From positions 2,432,001-2,496,000 of the forward strand of contig CBDCJO010000002.1 of the NCBI GenBank assembly GCA_965217865.1: a stretch of DNA of 64,000 bases. Direction: 5' to 3'. The notes under the pieces were generated by a model. The model made no database searches and was not told the origin of the DNA. It saw only the letters and a program-made list of their open reading frames with translations. The stretch is from Candidatus Latescibacterota bacterium (GTDB lineage: Bacteria > Latescibacterota > UBA2968 > SICM01). Made by a program: the position numbers and the translations under genes. Positions 32,331-42,832 of the stretch are shown one piece after another (positions within the stretch are counted from its first letter, which is position 1; every line of letters begins with the position of its first letter).

Positions 32331-33350
32331 CGGCGATCATGTTCAGGGACGAGACGGCCGGGGAAACGATAGGAGGGGAACGCCATACGCGGAACCCGAC
32401 GCTGGAGGAGCGGCGCCTGCTGACGCCACGCCTGCGGGGGGGAAGGTGATGCGCAGGGGTGCCATCCGATCAAATCAGCCGCGTCTCGGGACCCGGATGT
32501 CCGGGTGGTCGTGACGGCGAAGTCTGGAAATTCATGCGGTTTGTGCAGTCCCCTGAAAAAAGGCGAGGTAGATCTCAAGGTCTCGAAAGGGCAAACGGCT
32601 CGGCCGCCCGGAGGGCGCCCGGGGCAAGTCCATGCGGCGGCGGCATGAGTAAATCAACCCTCATCAAGGGCACGAGAGTTCACAACATTGGCAAAAGACC
32701 GAGATCGCGCACGCTTATGAAAGCTTCTCCTGTCTCGGCTGCACGCCTGACTTTCATTGCGAGGACGCCCGCCAAATCAAGTCGGTGACACAGAACCTCG
32801 TGCAGATCGAGTCCATCCATGCAAACTACGCTCTTGCCGCGCCCAAAGGCTTCCAGCCCCGCAGCGGTGAATCCGCTTTGGCTGACAATCAGGCCGCGCG
32901 ACCATTTCGCTTTGTCCTCGACCTCCCCAGGGGAGGCACTCTTTATAACCTTTCTCTGGCCGGATGAAAGCCTATAAGACGAGTATATTTAATGTGTTGT
33001 GTGGTGGACGTGACGAAGGGTCTTGCCGTCCTCCGGAAGGGCCAAAGAAAGAATTGTCCCCTGAGAGGTGTTGAGTTATATTGTGTGACAGATTAGCCGG
33101 GTACATGGGTAACAGGTGTTCTTAAGCTTATGGCACCGAAAGGAGGTGCCCTATGTCCTGGAGCCCCGACGAGATTTATTCAAGTAAAAGGACCTATATG
33201 GAGGCCGCCCATGGCTACGGAACCCGTTACCGACGCTCTCTATCGCGCCCTGCGCAGCTCCGAGCCGGACCCCGACTTGGCGCATGCCGCCGTCGAGGAA
33301 GTCCGCAACCTCGCCAGGATCTGACAGCAGGGCCAGGAGGGGACATGGGC

Positions 33351-34751
33351 TCATTCCGAAATACCGCATGCAACGTCCGTTAGACTATCGTAGTAGTGCA
33401 CAAAAGTCATTCCGTCGATCACAATTCGATCGTTGAACGGTAGGTCCTCTGCCCACGTGAGTTCGGTGCCCCAGTTGTGTGGAGGACGGTCCGATTTTGC
33501 CCACCTGTTCCCATTGTAGCGACGAAACAACACAGTCCGACCAGCTTCGGTGACATATGCCTCGACCAAGACGTCACGTTCGGTGGTCTCCTTCTTAATG
33601 TTGAGTAGTCGGAAACAATCGAACCTTTTCTGGCCAATCGTCACCGCGAACTTGCCCGCTCCAAACAAATCTGGCACATCGTCGGCTCTTTCGAACGCGC
33701 CACTCCCGAGTTCCCTCACATATCCGCGATCTTCGATACGGCGTGGTGCGCTGTCCCAGTCGTCGTTGAATCCCTCGTCAAGAAAGCTGGTGAGTTCGCC
33801 TCTCCCGTCGTGACGGATGGTTTCTACTGCGAGCCATGCGACTTCGTCATCTGTGAGCCGACCCCACATTCTGGTTAAACAAGTCTTGTCCTTATTCGGG
33901 TTTCTGTCGTACGGGACGTCCGCACAATTGAGGAAACGCTGCTCGACTTCGATCTCCACCCCCTCCTGACCGTGAATGACGGCCTTGCGCCGGGCGCTCA
34001 TCTCGACGGTCTCAGAAAGCTTCCACGGAGACTGGCCACTCCCCGGAGGTTCGTATGACGCCCATCTCACCTCGTCGCCTACCTCGGGCAGGACGAACCA
34101 CCAAGACATCTCTCGAAAATCCAGGTCAAAGGGATCCTCTCCAATCCGTTGGATCTTGACCTCGGGCATTTGCTCCGGAAACGGTTTTCTCGCATCCATG
34201 ATAGCACTCCTTCGTTTTCTCTTGATGCCCAGTACGGCTCTCACTCGGTCCCGACCGTGGGATAGGCGGCGCTTCACGGTGCCGGCGGGACACTGATGTC
34301 GCGCTGCGATTTCAGCGATGGTCAACCCGTCGAGGTAGAACGATTTCAGCGCCTTCCTCTCATGCTTTGAGACTTCCTCAAAAGCGTCTACCACCTCTTC
34401 AGCGGCCTCCCGCAGGTGCGTAGATGCCAACCCGAACCTGTTGACCATGGGTTCGAGCAGCCTTGTTTCCACGAGGACCTCTCGTCGCTGCTTCGAACGG
34501 AGGTAGTCCCGACAACGGTTGCGGGCCACTTGCAGAATCCAGGGGCGGACTTTTCTTGGTGTTTCTCCGTGGCGCAACCCGGTCCAGACATGCAGCAGCG
34601 TGTCCTGCAACACGTCCTGAACGTACTCGCCAGACCCGATTCGGCCGTGAATCAATGCTGCCAGCGAGCGCTCGTGGCGTCTGATCAAGGCCAGGAAAGC
34701 TTCTTCGTCTCCGTCCCGTATTCGGCGGGCCAAAACTTCATCGGAATCCAA
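33351..34751 (-). CDS. ECF sigma factor with a ~280-aa soluble C-terminal extension
   Basis: Region 2 QDVLQDTLL...WILQVARNRCRD and region 4 GLTIAEIA...GTVKRRL. Confidence 0.85.
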   Translation of the reverse strand: MDSDEVLARRIRDGDEEAFLALIRRHERSLAALIHGRIGSGEYVQDVLQDTLLHVWTGLRHGETPRKVRPWILQVARNRCRDYLRSKQRREVLVETRLLEPMVNRFGLASTHLREAAEEVVDAFEEVSKHERKALKSFYLDGLTIAEIAARHQCPAGTVKRRLSHGRDRVRAVLGIKRKRRSAIMDARKPFPEQMPEVKIQRIGEDPFDLDFREMSWWFVLPEVGDEVRWASYEPPGSGQSPWKLSETVEMSARRKAVIHGQEGVEIEVEQRFLNCADVPYDRNPNKDKTCLTRMWGRLTDDEVAWLAVETIRHDGRGELTSFLDEGFNDDWDSAPRRIEDRGYVRELGSGAFERADDVPDLFGAGKFAVTIGQKRFDCFRLLNIKKETTERDVLVEAYVTEAGRTVLFRRYNGNRWAKSDRPPHNWGTELTWAEDLPFNDRIVIDGMTFVHYYDSLTDVACGISE

Positions 34752-34914
34752 CTCTACGCCCCCCCTCTACCAATACAAGGCGGAGAATGAAACCAAAAGG
34801 TTCACAACGCCCGAATGAATGGCGGCATCTTTTTAAAGTAAAAGATCACACGGCAGAGGCCAAAACCTATCTTGAAATACAAGGTATGGGCAATTTGGGG
34901 GCGATCGAAAAAGC

Positions 34915-35540
34915 GATCACGATCGTCAACACCTGGAGCATCACGGGCAGCGCCCAAAACGGAATGCGGGCGCTCAACAGATCGACGAGATAAGCGCCTC
35001 CGCCGGCCTCTTTGCTCACGCCGCCGATCGTGATGGCCAGAAGGAGAATGACCGAGCCGCCGACCACCCCCTTCATCCCGTCGGTGATCCCGTCGATCAG
35101 ATCCTTCAAGGCCATCCCGCGGCCCAGGGCCATGAACGCGCACAGAAGGAGCGCACACCCGAAAGCCCATAACACGTTGGGCGAGCCGATGGCGACAAAC
35201 GTTCCGATCGCGATGGCGATCAGCACCACAAGGGGTAAAACGAAGTCGAGCAGATGGGGCCTGTAGTTTTCCGGCACCTGCACGTCGTGGAGTTCACGGG
35301 CCGCCAGGGGAGTCGCCTCGGGCGCGTCCAATCGGCCTGTTTGCCGAGCGCGGTCGATGGCCGCCATCAACCGTTTCCCGACAAAGAGCGGTTTCTCGAT
35401 GCTCAGCAGAAACGTCCCCAGCACGGCGAAAATCGCGTAGAAACAAAAAGGCACGCTCTTGAAAAAGAACAGCACACGATCGGTCTCCGTCGCCAGGAAA
35501 CCGACCCCCGCGACGTAGATAAAGGCCTGAACGTAGCCTG
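34915..35540 (-). pseudogene. NhaC-family Na+/H+ antiporter-like internal fragment
   Basis: SVPFCFYAIFA, FVLPLVVLI, DGMKGV...ILLLAITIG. Confidence 0.65.
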
Positions 35541-35575
35541 GCGGGGCCGCTGAGGTCTCCCCTTAGCCCGCGGCC

Positions 35576-35849
35576 CGGTTCACCCCCACTCGCGTGGGGA
35601 ATACAAGCCCTTTCGCAAACATACAACGCTTGCAGTCCGGTTCACCCCCACTCGCGTGGGGAATACAGCAGCCGACGCTCGGTGTCGGTGATGTCAGCCG
35701 GTTCACCCCCACTCGCGTGGGGAATACCTGAACGTGAGGTTCAGATAAATGGCAGACTTCGGTTCACCCCCACTCGCGTGGGGAATACTTGACAGGTCCA
35801 GGTCCAATGCGCTGGAAAACCGGTTCACCCCCACTCGCGTGGGGAATAC
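35576..35849 (-). CRISPR. Orphan type I-E CRISPR array: 5 repeats, 4 spacers
   Basis: Identical 29-nt GTATTCCCCACGCGAGTGGGGGTGAACCG (minus strand) at 35576, 35638, 35699, 35760 and 35821. Spacers are 33, 32, 32 and 32 nt. Confidence 0.96.
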
Positions 35850-36284
35850 GGAATTGGGGCGGCCTGCAGAACTGGCTTGAGAGGAGGGCTCCGATAGGAG
35901 TCGCTTCGGCTAACAGATCCGCAGGCCTCCCCGTCTTCCTGGATCGGATTAGAAAATGCGCGAAGACCGGCACACCTACTCACACAAACAAGAGTGCCGG
36001 CCGCGGATGTAAGTTGGTATCGGAAGACACCACCCCCCACACGGGAGCTTCGCCCCTCTTCAAAGACCGGTCCTGCACCATAAGGGCGAACTGCGCTCCG
36101 AACATAGTAAGAATGTCCACTTTACACCCCTTGACGCTGAGAAAACCGGCATAAAAAATCTCATCCAACCTCGAAATCGTCAACTTTGCTCTTGACTTTC
36201 CGCATGTAGTCCCGCCAGGTGCGAAACCTGCCGAAGCGAAGCGGAGACAGGTTGGGTCGGAGGCCCGAATGGGCAGGAGCCACA

Positions 36285-36365
36285 GCCGGCGGTTCTCCTC
36301 CTCAAGCTGCTTGAGCCGCTTCAACTCATTCACCTCAAGCCCTCCGTACTTACTCTTCCACCGGT
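36285..36365 (-). pseudogene. IS3-family orfA fragment
   Basis: YRWKSKYGGLEVNELKRLKQLEEENRRL. Confidence 0.65.
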
Positions 36366-36505
36366 AGGAGTGCAGGATAGAAGCGTTTCAGCTTGATGCG
36401 TGCATCTTTGGTGTTGAAGAACCAGTTTGACGATGGGTGGATTCTGATCCCGCTCTGTGAGCCAAGCTTTCACTTCCTTGCCGAGTTGTTGGATGGTAAG
36501 AGCAA
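36362..36505 (-). pseudogene. IS630 transposase C-terminal fragment
   Basis: EVKAWLTERDQNPPIV...TKDARIKLKR. Matches 53728-53832. Confidence 0.7.
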
Positions 36506-36578
36506 CGGATAATCTCTCGGTGAATTTACCATTGTTTGGGTCGGAGAAGCGGCTAAATTGACCTGAAGGACGGAAGTC

Positions 36579-36870
36579 GTCTTGACATGGCTTCCGCCTC
36601 TGCGGTGCTGGCGTAATTACGATAGCTCCTTTCAATACAGCAAGTTACGACTGACAAACAGAGAATGGTTCCGGGGAAAGGATCATATGGGGAGCCGGTC
36701 CCAATGTGGAAGAAACGACTGATATGACTGGAAAAACGGGAATCGGTCTTGACGTCTTGACATGGTTTCCGCCTCGACGGTGCGGGCGCAATTACGATAG
36801 ATCCTTTCAATACAGCAAGTTACGTCTGACGAACAGAGAATGGTTCCGGGGAAAGGATCATATGGGGAGC
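36579..36870 (+). repeat. Direct duplication of a ~118-bp unit (36579-36697 and 36754-36871)
   Basis: GTCTTGACATGG...TTTCAATACAGCAAGTTACG...AGAGAATGGTTCCGGGGAAAGGATCATATGGGGAGCC appears twice. Confidence 0.85.
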
Positions 36871-37120
36871 CATATTCCCATCCGCCAACTTCGGCGGTCG
36901 TCCGTTAACGCAAGACCCCGTGGGGCAACCCTTCGGGGTCTTGTCGTTTCTGTCGTATTCACAAACACTTGTGCCACATCCTTCCCTCTCTGCCGATTCT
37001 CTGTTTCGAAGCGTTTCCCCCGGTGTCCGAGCACAACCGTGGGGTTGCGTCCGCTGAGCAGAGATATCTCCTCCGGATTCTCTGATTCTCTGTTTTTCCC
37101 GTCGGCCTTATTTAACAGCC
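36863..37120 (+). repeat. ~260-bp dispersed repeat, copy B
   Basis: Inverted match to 7748-8007. Confidence 0.85.
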
Positions 37121-37144
37121 TGGTTCGTCATTATCGCGGTAAAA

Positions 37145-37285
37145 GACGAGATCTCATTGCATTTTAGACCCCATACCTTTTCTGTATATATCTCAAAGAA
37201 AATACGGAACAACCTCTCGCCAAACCTGTTGCTTACCCAATCCCGAAAGGATCTCTCTGGCTTAATTGGGAAAATTTGCCTTATT
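37145..37285 (-). pseudogene. FAD-dependent oxidoreductase internal fragment
   Basis: SFRDWVSNRFGERLFRIFFEIYTEKVWG. Confidence 0.6.
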
Positions 37286-37326
37286 GATGTAGTACCTATT
37301 GACATTTAAAACGAGCGTGCCGAATG

Positions 37327-37516
37327 TTTCGTGCCACAGACGCACCCGCGGAAGGTATTCGCAAGCGCTTTGTGCTCCAAGGGCTCGCCGCAGCCCTTGA
37401 GCGGAACGGCTGCGCCTGGCAGCCGGTCTGCAAAAAACAACAGCACAAACCGGCTGCCAGTGCTCGACCCAAACCGCCTTACGGGCGGTTTCGTGGGCAC
37501 ATGAAATCGTTAGGCG
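37327..37516 (+). other. Long attC-like branched hairpin ending GTTAGGC
   Basis: Outer stem TTTCGTGCC/GGCACATGAAA. Inner hairpins CAAGGGCT/AGCCCTTG, CTGGCAGCCGGT/ACCGGCTGCCAG and AAACCGCC/GGCGGTTT. Confidence 0.5.
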
Positions 37517-37711
37517 GTCATGCTGGTTTGGGGGTAACTGCTCGAATAAGATACGGGTGGCAAAACCAAAACCTCGTCCTTCGTCAGATTTGGATGGTGG
37601 ATCTAATCGTGGGCCCGACTGCGGAGCATCCGTGCGCCGCAGAGAATACACACGAAGGCCCTATGCATAGCATAGGGCCTTCGCTTAGATCGTACTCCAA
37701 CTACGGCCTGA

Positions 37712-39091
37712 TCATTCAGGCGCACCATGCTTACGGAGCAATTCGACGACCCTCCTATGCGGTTCGTTATACCCCTTTTCTTTCGTGGGGAGAACACCAT
37801 AGGGAGGCTGTGGATACCGAAGCGCGTAGCCGAGAGGCGTCGTATCTTTGAAATGCCTTCCCCTCTTTTTAATCTGACCTCCCCCAGGATCAGCTTGGTC
37901 GCCAGAGTGTTCCACAAACGAGGGAACTTGAACAGTGGATCTGATAGACAGGTTTGCCCTGTGTTCCAAGAACAACTCCAACATCGGATAGTTGAAATTC
38001 CAATTTGTAGCGACTGTGTGGTAAATAGGTGTATGGTCGCTACGGCTATTTCTATCCGGCTTGGCGCAGGAATTGACGTTCGCCCCGTACGCGAATAAAA
38101 TCTTCGCTTCCTCAAGCAAGTTGAATTCTGCGCAGTAGTGAAGCAGTGTGGTATTCGTCAATGGGGCTCCACCATAGAAACCACCGTACACGATCCCGCC
38201 CAGACCTATGGTGAAGTGCTCATGCACTATGCCAGGATTCTTGTCGAGACGTACTTTGAGAAGATCTCGACGGCCACGCAAGATGTCAAAAACCGGACCA
38301 TCTTCGTATTCTGCACCAGCTTGGATCAGTGCCTCCAAACAAGCTTGCATACGGTCCGTTTTGACGTAAGTCTGAAGTACCATCTGGAGCGCCGTCCAGG
38401 TACATCTTGTATCCTGACATTGTTTATTGGGGTCAGCACCATGGGTAAGCAACCAATTAAGTTGCTCGAGTCGGTGGTCCTCACAGGGATAGAGAATGAG
38501 AGGCCCCCAGTCGTAGACTTTGATATTCAGGTCTGCTCCGTGCTCCACTAGAACCTCCAACACTGCAATGTTATCCGATCCTCTGGCGACGGGTAATTCG
38601 CCATCCTCATGTACATTTGCTCCGACTTCGATCAACACTTTGGCAATCTCAGCCTTACCCCCTGCACATGCATAAGTTAGGGGCCGGTAGTTCACATAGT
38701 TGTGGGATCGGCTGCGGCGAATGTGCTCGTTCAAAAGGTCAGGGTTCGTCTGAACCATTCCTCGCACCTCGTCCATATCGTCCGCGTCGATAGCGACCTT
38801 GAGGCGCTGTGCGCTATCAGAAATCGTCTCGGTGTCGTAAGTATCCACAAAGTGCTTGAGCTTCGGCCAACTGGTAAAACTGTATTCACGAGCAATGACG
38901 AGTTGGGCATCGCTCAGAGATAGGTCAGTGGCCAGAATCTCGGTATCTGTCGCTTGTGTCAAACGAGGGTGGAACTCCCTGATAGACGCACAGACTTCCA
39001 CATTACCAGCCTTGTAGCCGTCGAGGAGGTCTTTGGCTTGCTTCTTGAGGTGAACGAGGTGGGGCGAGGCGGGAAGTAGCTTGGGAGGCAT
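37712..39091 (-). CDS. Ankyrin-repeat protein with a helical N-terminal domain
   Basis: LPASPHLVHLKKQAKDLL...LSDAQLVIAREYSFTSWPKL, followed by ankyrin repeats (PLTYAC, GADPN, TLLHYCA, TPLGYA). Confidence 0.85.
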   Translation of the reverse strand: MPPKLLPASPHLVHLKKQAKDLLDGYKAGNVEVCASIREFHPRLTQATDTEILATDLSLSDAQLVIAREYSFTSWPKLKHFVDTYDTETISDSAQRLKVAIDADDMDEVRGMVQTNPDLLNEHIRRSRSHNYVNYRPLTYACAGGKAEIAKVLIEVGANVHEDGELPVARGSDNIAVLEVLVEHGADLNIKVYDWGPLILYPCEDHRLEQLNWLLTHGADPNKQCQDTRCTWTALQMVLQTYVKTDRMQACLEALIQAGAEYEDGPVFDILRGRRDLLKVRLDKNPGIVHEHFTIGLGGIVYGGFYGGAPLTNTTLLHYCAEFNLLEEAKILFAYGANVNSCAKPDRNSRSDHTPIYHTVATNWNFNYPMLELFLEHRANLSIRSTVQVPSFVEHSGDQADPGGGQIKKRGRHFKDTTPLGYALRYPQPPYGVLPTKEKGYNEPHRRVVELLRKHGAPE

Positions 39092-39104
39092 GACGAACTC
39101 CTTT

Positions 39105-39215
39105 CTTAGAACGCACCTGGTGCCCGCATCATCAGGCAGAAAGAAGCTTGGAAATTATGTTGGATAGAAAATCGGTGGGTTCAACCCTTCCCGCGGACTG
39201 GAGGCTCCCTTGGAG
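39105..39215 (-). ncRNA. Candidate structured cis-regulatory RNA upstream of the ankyrin gene
   Basis: Pairings GUCCGCG/UGCGGGC, GGAAG/CUUCU, GGGU-UGA-ACCC and GAGCCU/AGG..GUUC, closing just before the AAAGGAG RBS. Confidence 0.5.
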
Positions 39216-39359
39216 CGATAATTCCAATATAAAATACTTTTCTTTAGAAATCAAGAAAATCCTCTTATTAGGAATGGGGGCTACGAAGAAAAAAAAATAT
39301 ATTCTTGATAAAACCTTTTAAAGAATTGGGTTGTCTTATAGGATAAATTAACTGGTGAG

Positions 39360-42300
39360 GTGACAATGGCATCCAAACTATTCATGAGACTAAGTCCTGA
39401 AACCGATGACGGTGAGCTGGTACGGGCGGCACAGAAAGGCAACGAAAAAGCGTTCTCAGTTCTTTTAGATAAGTACACTTCGCGTCTTTGGCCCAACGCC
39501 TTCGCCCTGAGCAACAACCAGTTCGACGACGCCCAGGATTTGATACAGGAGACTTTTTTGCGAGCCTATCATCGCTTGCACACACTTCAGACTCCGCAAG
39601 CTTTCTATTCCTGGCTGACCACCTTGATGGGTAGACTGGCCACAACCCGCCGTGGTCGAATGCAACACCGAGCCGAACTACTCACCACTCATCCAGGCGA
39701 GGTGGTGCCAGGCCCTGCTTCGATTTTTTCGCGTACCCCGGAAGAGGAATACCTGTCCCAGGAACTCGAGCATGCGTTGGAGCAGGCCCTTGATCACCTC
39801 ACAGCGACATCACGTGAGATCTTCACAGCCTTTCACGTGGACGGCCATTCAATTAGGGAGATTACAGCTCGGACCGGCCTATCGGTCGGCGCGGTCAAGT
39901 CCCGCCTGTTCCAAACCCGGAAGAAGCTAAGAAAGGAGCTAGTCGCCATGATACCCGAAACGACAGTGCCGAGCGAAATCCCTGAGGGGCTGAATATCGT
40001 TCTAATGGGGCAACGCGAACACGAAAATCATCCGCTCCATCCGAACAGGCTCACCCAACGCCTGTTGCCCCGGCGAGTGCTCTATGCCTGCAGGAAAATA
40101 CCCAGGAGCACTCGGGAACTGAGCAAATACCTGCATGTAGATCCCGTTTATATAGAGGATCTCGTCCCGGATCTGGTGCGCGGTGAACTGCTTGATGAAC
40201 CCGTCCCCGGCAGCTACCAAACATCCTTTCTCTTTGTGGATAAGACCGAGTTGGCCGAAATATCTGACAACCTTTCGTTCGTAAAGGATGGCGTCTCGAT
40301 CATAAAGAAGCATGTGCCCCGCCTGCGGTCTACCCTAGCAGCCTGTTGAAAAAGTGCGTTTATGCCAAGATGACTGTTGTCTTTCCTTGTGGTTTGGTCC
40401 TATGATATATCAGGTTCAAACTGAGAAGGGAGGACGAGCAAATGGCAATGGGAAAACGAGGCCGACAGAGACAGGAAAACCTGTTCATCGCATCGAACAC
40501 TTTGGTGAAATCTCCGGGTCATCCGTTCTACGAGAAGCTGAATCAGGTATTGGAGGCGAACGGGTTCGACGAGTTCGTCGAAGGGCTTTGCCAGCGGTAT
40601 TACGCTCCTCATATGGGTCGCAAGGGCATTCCGCCCGGGGTTTATTTTCGGATGCTTTTGATTGGGTATTTCGAGGGACTTGATTCGGAACGTGGGATCG
40701 AATGGCGTGTATCTGACTCGCTGACGTTGCGCCGGTTTTTGGGGTATGCCCTTGACGAACAGACCCCGGATCATTCCAGCCTGTCTCGCATCCGGCATCG
40801 GCTTCCCTTGGAAGTTCACGAAGCGGTTTTCAAGTGGATCCTGAGGGTCTTGTGCAAAGCGGGTCTGGTGAAGGGGAAGACGTTGGGCGTGGATGCTACG
40901 ACACTGGAGGCCAACGCCGCGATGCGCAGCATTGTACGCCGTGACACGGGTGAAGGCTACCAGGCATTCCTTGAGAATCTGGCCAAGGCCTCGGGCATTG
41001 AAACGCCTACCCGCGAGGACTTGTCCAAGATCGATAAGAAGCGACCGAAGAAGGGATCGAACCAGGACTGGGAGCACCCGCACGACCCGGATGCCAAGAT
41101 CACTAAGATGAAGGACGGTCGCACGCACATGGCGCACAAGGTGGAGCACGCGGTGGATCTGGACACCAATGCCATTGTGGCAGTGGCGTTGTCGGGAGCA
41201 GATGAAGGAGATACCGAGTCGTTGTCCTGGACGCTGCTCGAGGCGCAGCTCAATCTCAAGCAGGTCGCGAAGGACGAAAAAGCTGCTAAGCGTTTGCACA
41301 GACAGCGTATACGGGAGGTGGTTGCGGACAAAGGATATCATAGCAACGATGTATTGACCAGTCTGAAGCAAGGCGGCATCCGGAGTTACATTTCAGAACC
41401 GGATCGGGGACGCCGCAAGTGGAACGGCCGACGAGATGAGCAGGCCGCGGTATATGCGAATCGACGCCGGATCAAGGGAGATCGCGGCAAGGCCTTGCGC
41501 CGAAGTCGTGCAGAACGGGTGGAAAGAACCATCGCTCACACATATGATACCGGTGGCATGCGCAGGTTGCACTTGAGAGACCGCGGCAATATCCTCAAGC
41601 GTTTGCTGATCCACATCGGGGGCTGCAACCTGGCTCTGCTCATGCGCAAAGTGATGGGCGTAGGTACTCCGAAGGCCCTCCAGGACCTGGCCAAGGCCTT
41701 GCAGCGTCTACTGCTCGTCCTACAATCACGCTTTGCTGCCCTCGGTCACCTTTTTAACCTCTTATCAGCGTCTCCTGCTCAATCTCCTTACCTTGATTTA
41801 TCCGACCCGCACTCCAGGCGTCTTTTCCGTTTATGTGTGTTGAAAGGTAGTTCTTCAACGGGCTGCTAGAGGAAACCACCCTGGTGCGCCAGCAGGGGTA
41901 CGACTGGCCACACTTGGCCTGGATCGCAATTCCGGTCTGGATTGCGTCACGCGGTCTGGGGCGCCAGGTGGCCAACTCGCTGGAATGGGGTCAACACCAC
42001 ATCATGACCTATCCCCTGCGTCCCGTGGACTTCTGGCATCTTCTGGGTATGGCCGATGTAACGTTTCAGGATATATTTTCCGTCGATGCCGCTAGCATGG
42101 AGTCGGAGCACTCAGGCATGGCCTTCAGTCTTTCCACCGCCCATTTGGATGAAAGGAAAGGATTTATCGATTTCTCCGATCTGGATCGCTATGTAGGTCG
42201 TCTCAGCCGAGGGCCAGTCAACGAAGAGGCACTCCTGGAAGATGCCAACTTTCCGGAGAAAGAGAAACTAGCCCGCTATGTGGCCAAAGGTTTCATCAAA

Positions 42301-42651
42301 CGGACCGAGGAGAACACCTTCCATCTCGATGTACCGACGGTGACCGCCGAGGATGATAAGAAGCTCGCGTTAGTCGTGGATGAAATCTGCTCCGAATTGG
42401 CTCCAGGTATCCTCGATCAAGCGCTGTCGGGCTTTGCGCGAGAGGTCGAGGATGTCGGGTTTGAGCACCTTCTGGCACAGCCATATTACCTGGGGTTCGT
42501 GGGGTTCCATTTAGCTACGACTGAGCTGGTACGAGGTTGCCTTGAAGAGCACCTTCTCTCCAAGCCCAATGAACCTGATGCGAACTTCGGTTACTGGACA
42601 TGGTACCGCGCCCCTAACTTGATGAAATCGTGGAGCAAAGGGAGATCATAA
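39360..42651 (+). pseudogene. ECF sigma factor with a long C-terminal extension, split by IS copy 3
   Basis: AQDLIQETFLRAY and SIREIT...GAVKSRL. Removing the IS and one CTAG restores ...RSTLEETTLVRQQ in frame. Confidence 0.85.
40339..41865 (+). mobile_element. IS5/IS1182-like element, copy 3 (1527 bp)
   Basis: CTAG duplication at 40335-40338 and 41866-41869. Transposase 40442..41869. Confidence 0.95.
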
Positions 42652-42832
42652 ATTCGGACCTCGATTAGCACCGAAGCCAAAATTGGCTTCCTGGTCATCC
42701 AAATACACATTCACAACTAATCAATTTCAGTATCGCTCAAAAGATTCTTAACTATTACATGAGTCTACATAATTATAGGATGGAAAGTCTCACTAAAGCT
42801 TATTCCCAAGTTTCTTACCTAAAGCAATGGAG

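Noticed and set aside
32330-33330. Several overlapping short ORFs
   Set aside because: No motif I can support. The MATEPVTDALY... stub may be a truncated gene start but is too short to call.
36579-36870. Possible CRISPR or TIGR-like guide array
   Set aside because: Only two ~118-bp units, with no short repeat-spacer periodicity and no adjacent effector gene.
36845-36890. Possible tRNA gene suggested by CCA-ending motifs
   Set aside because: No T-loop (GTTCGA), D-arm or cloverleaf; at most an att-core remnant.
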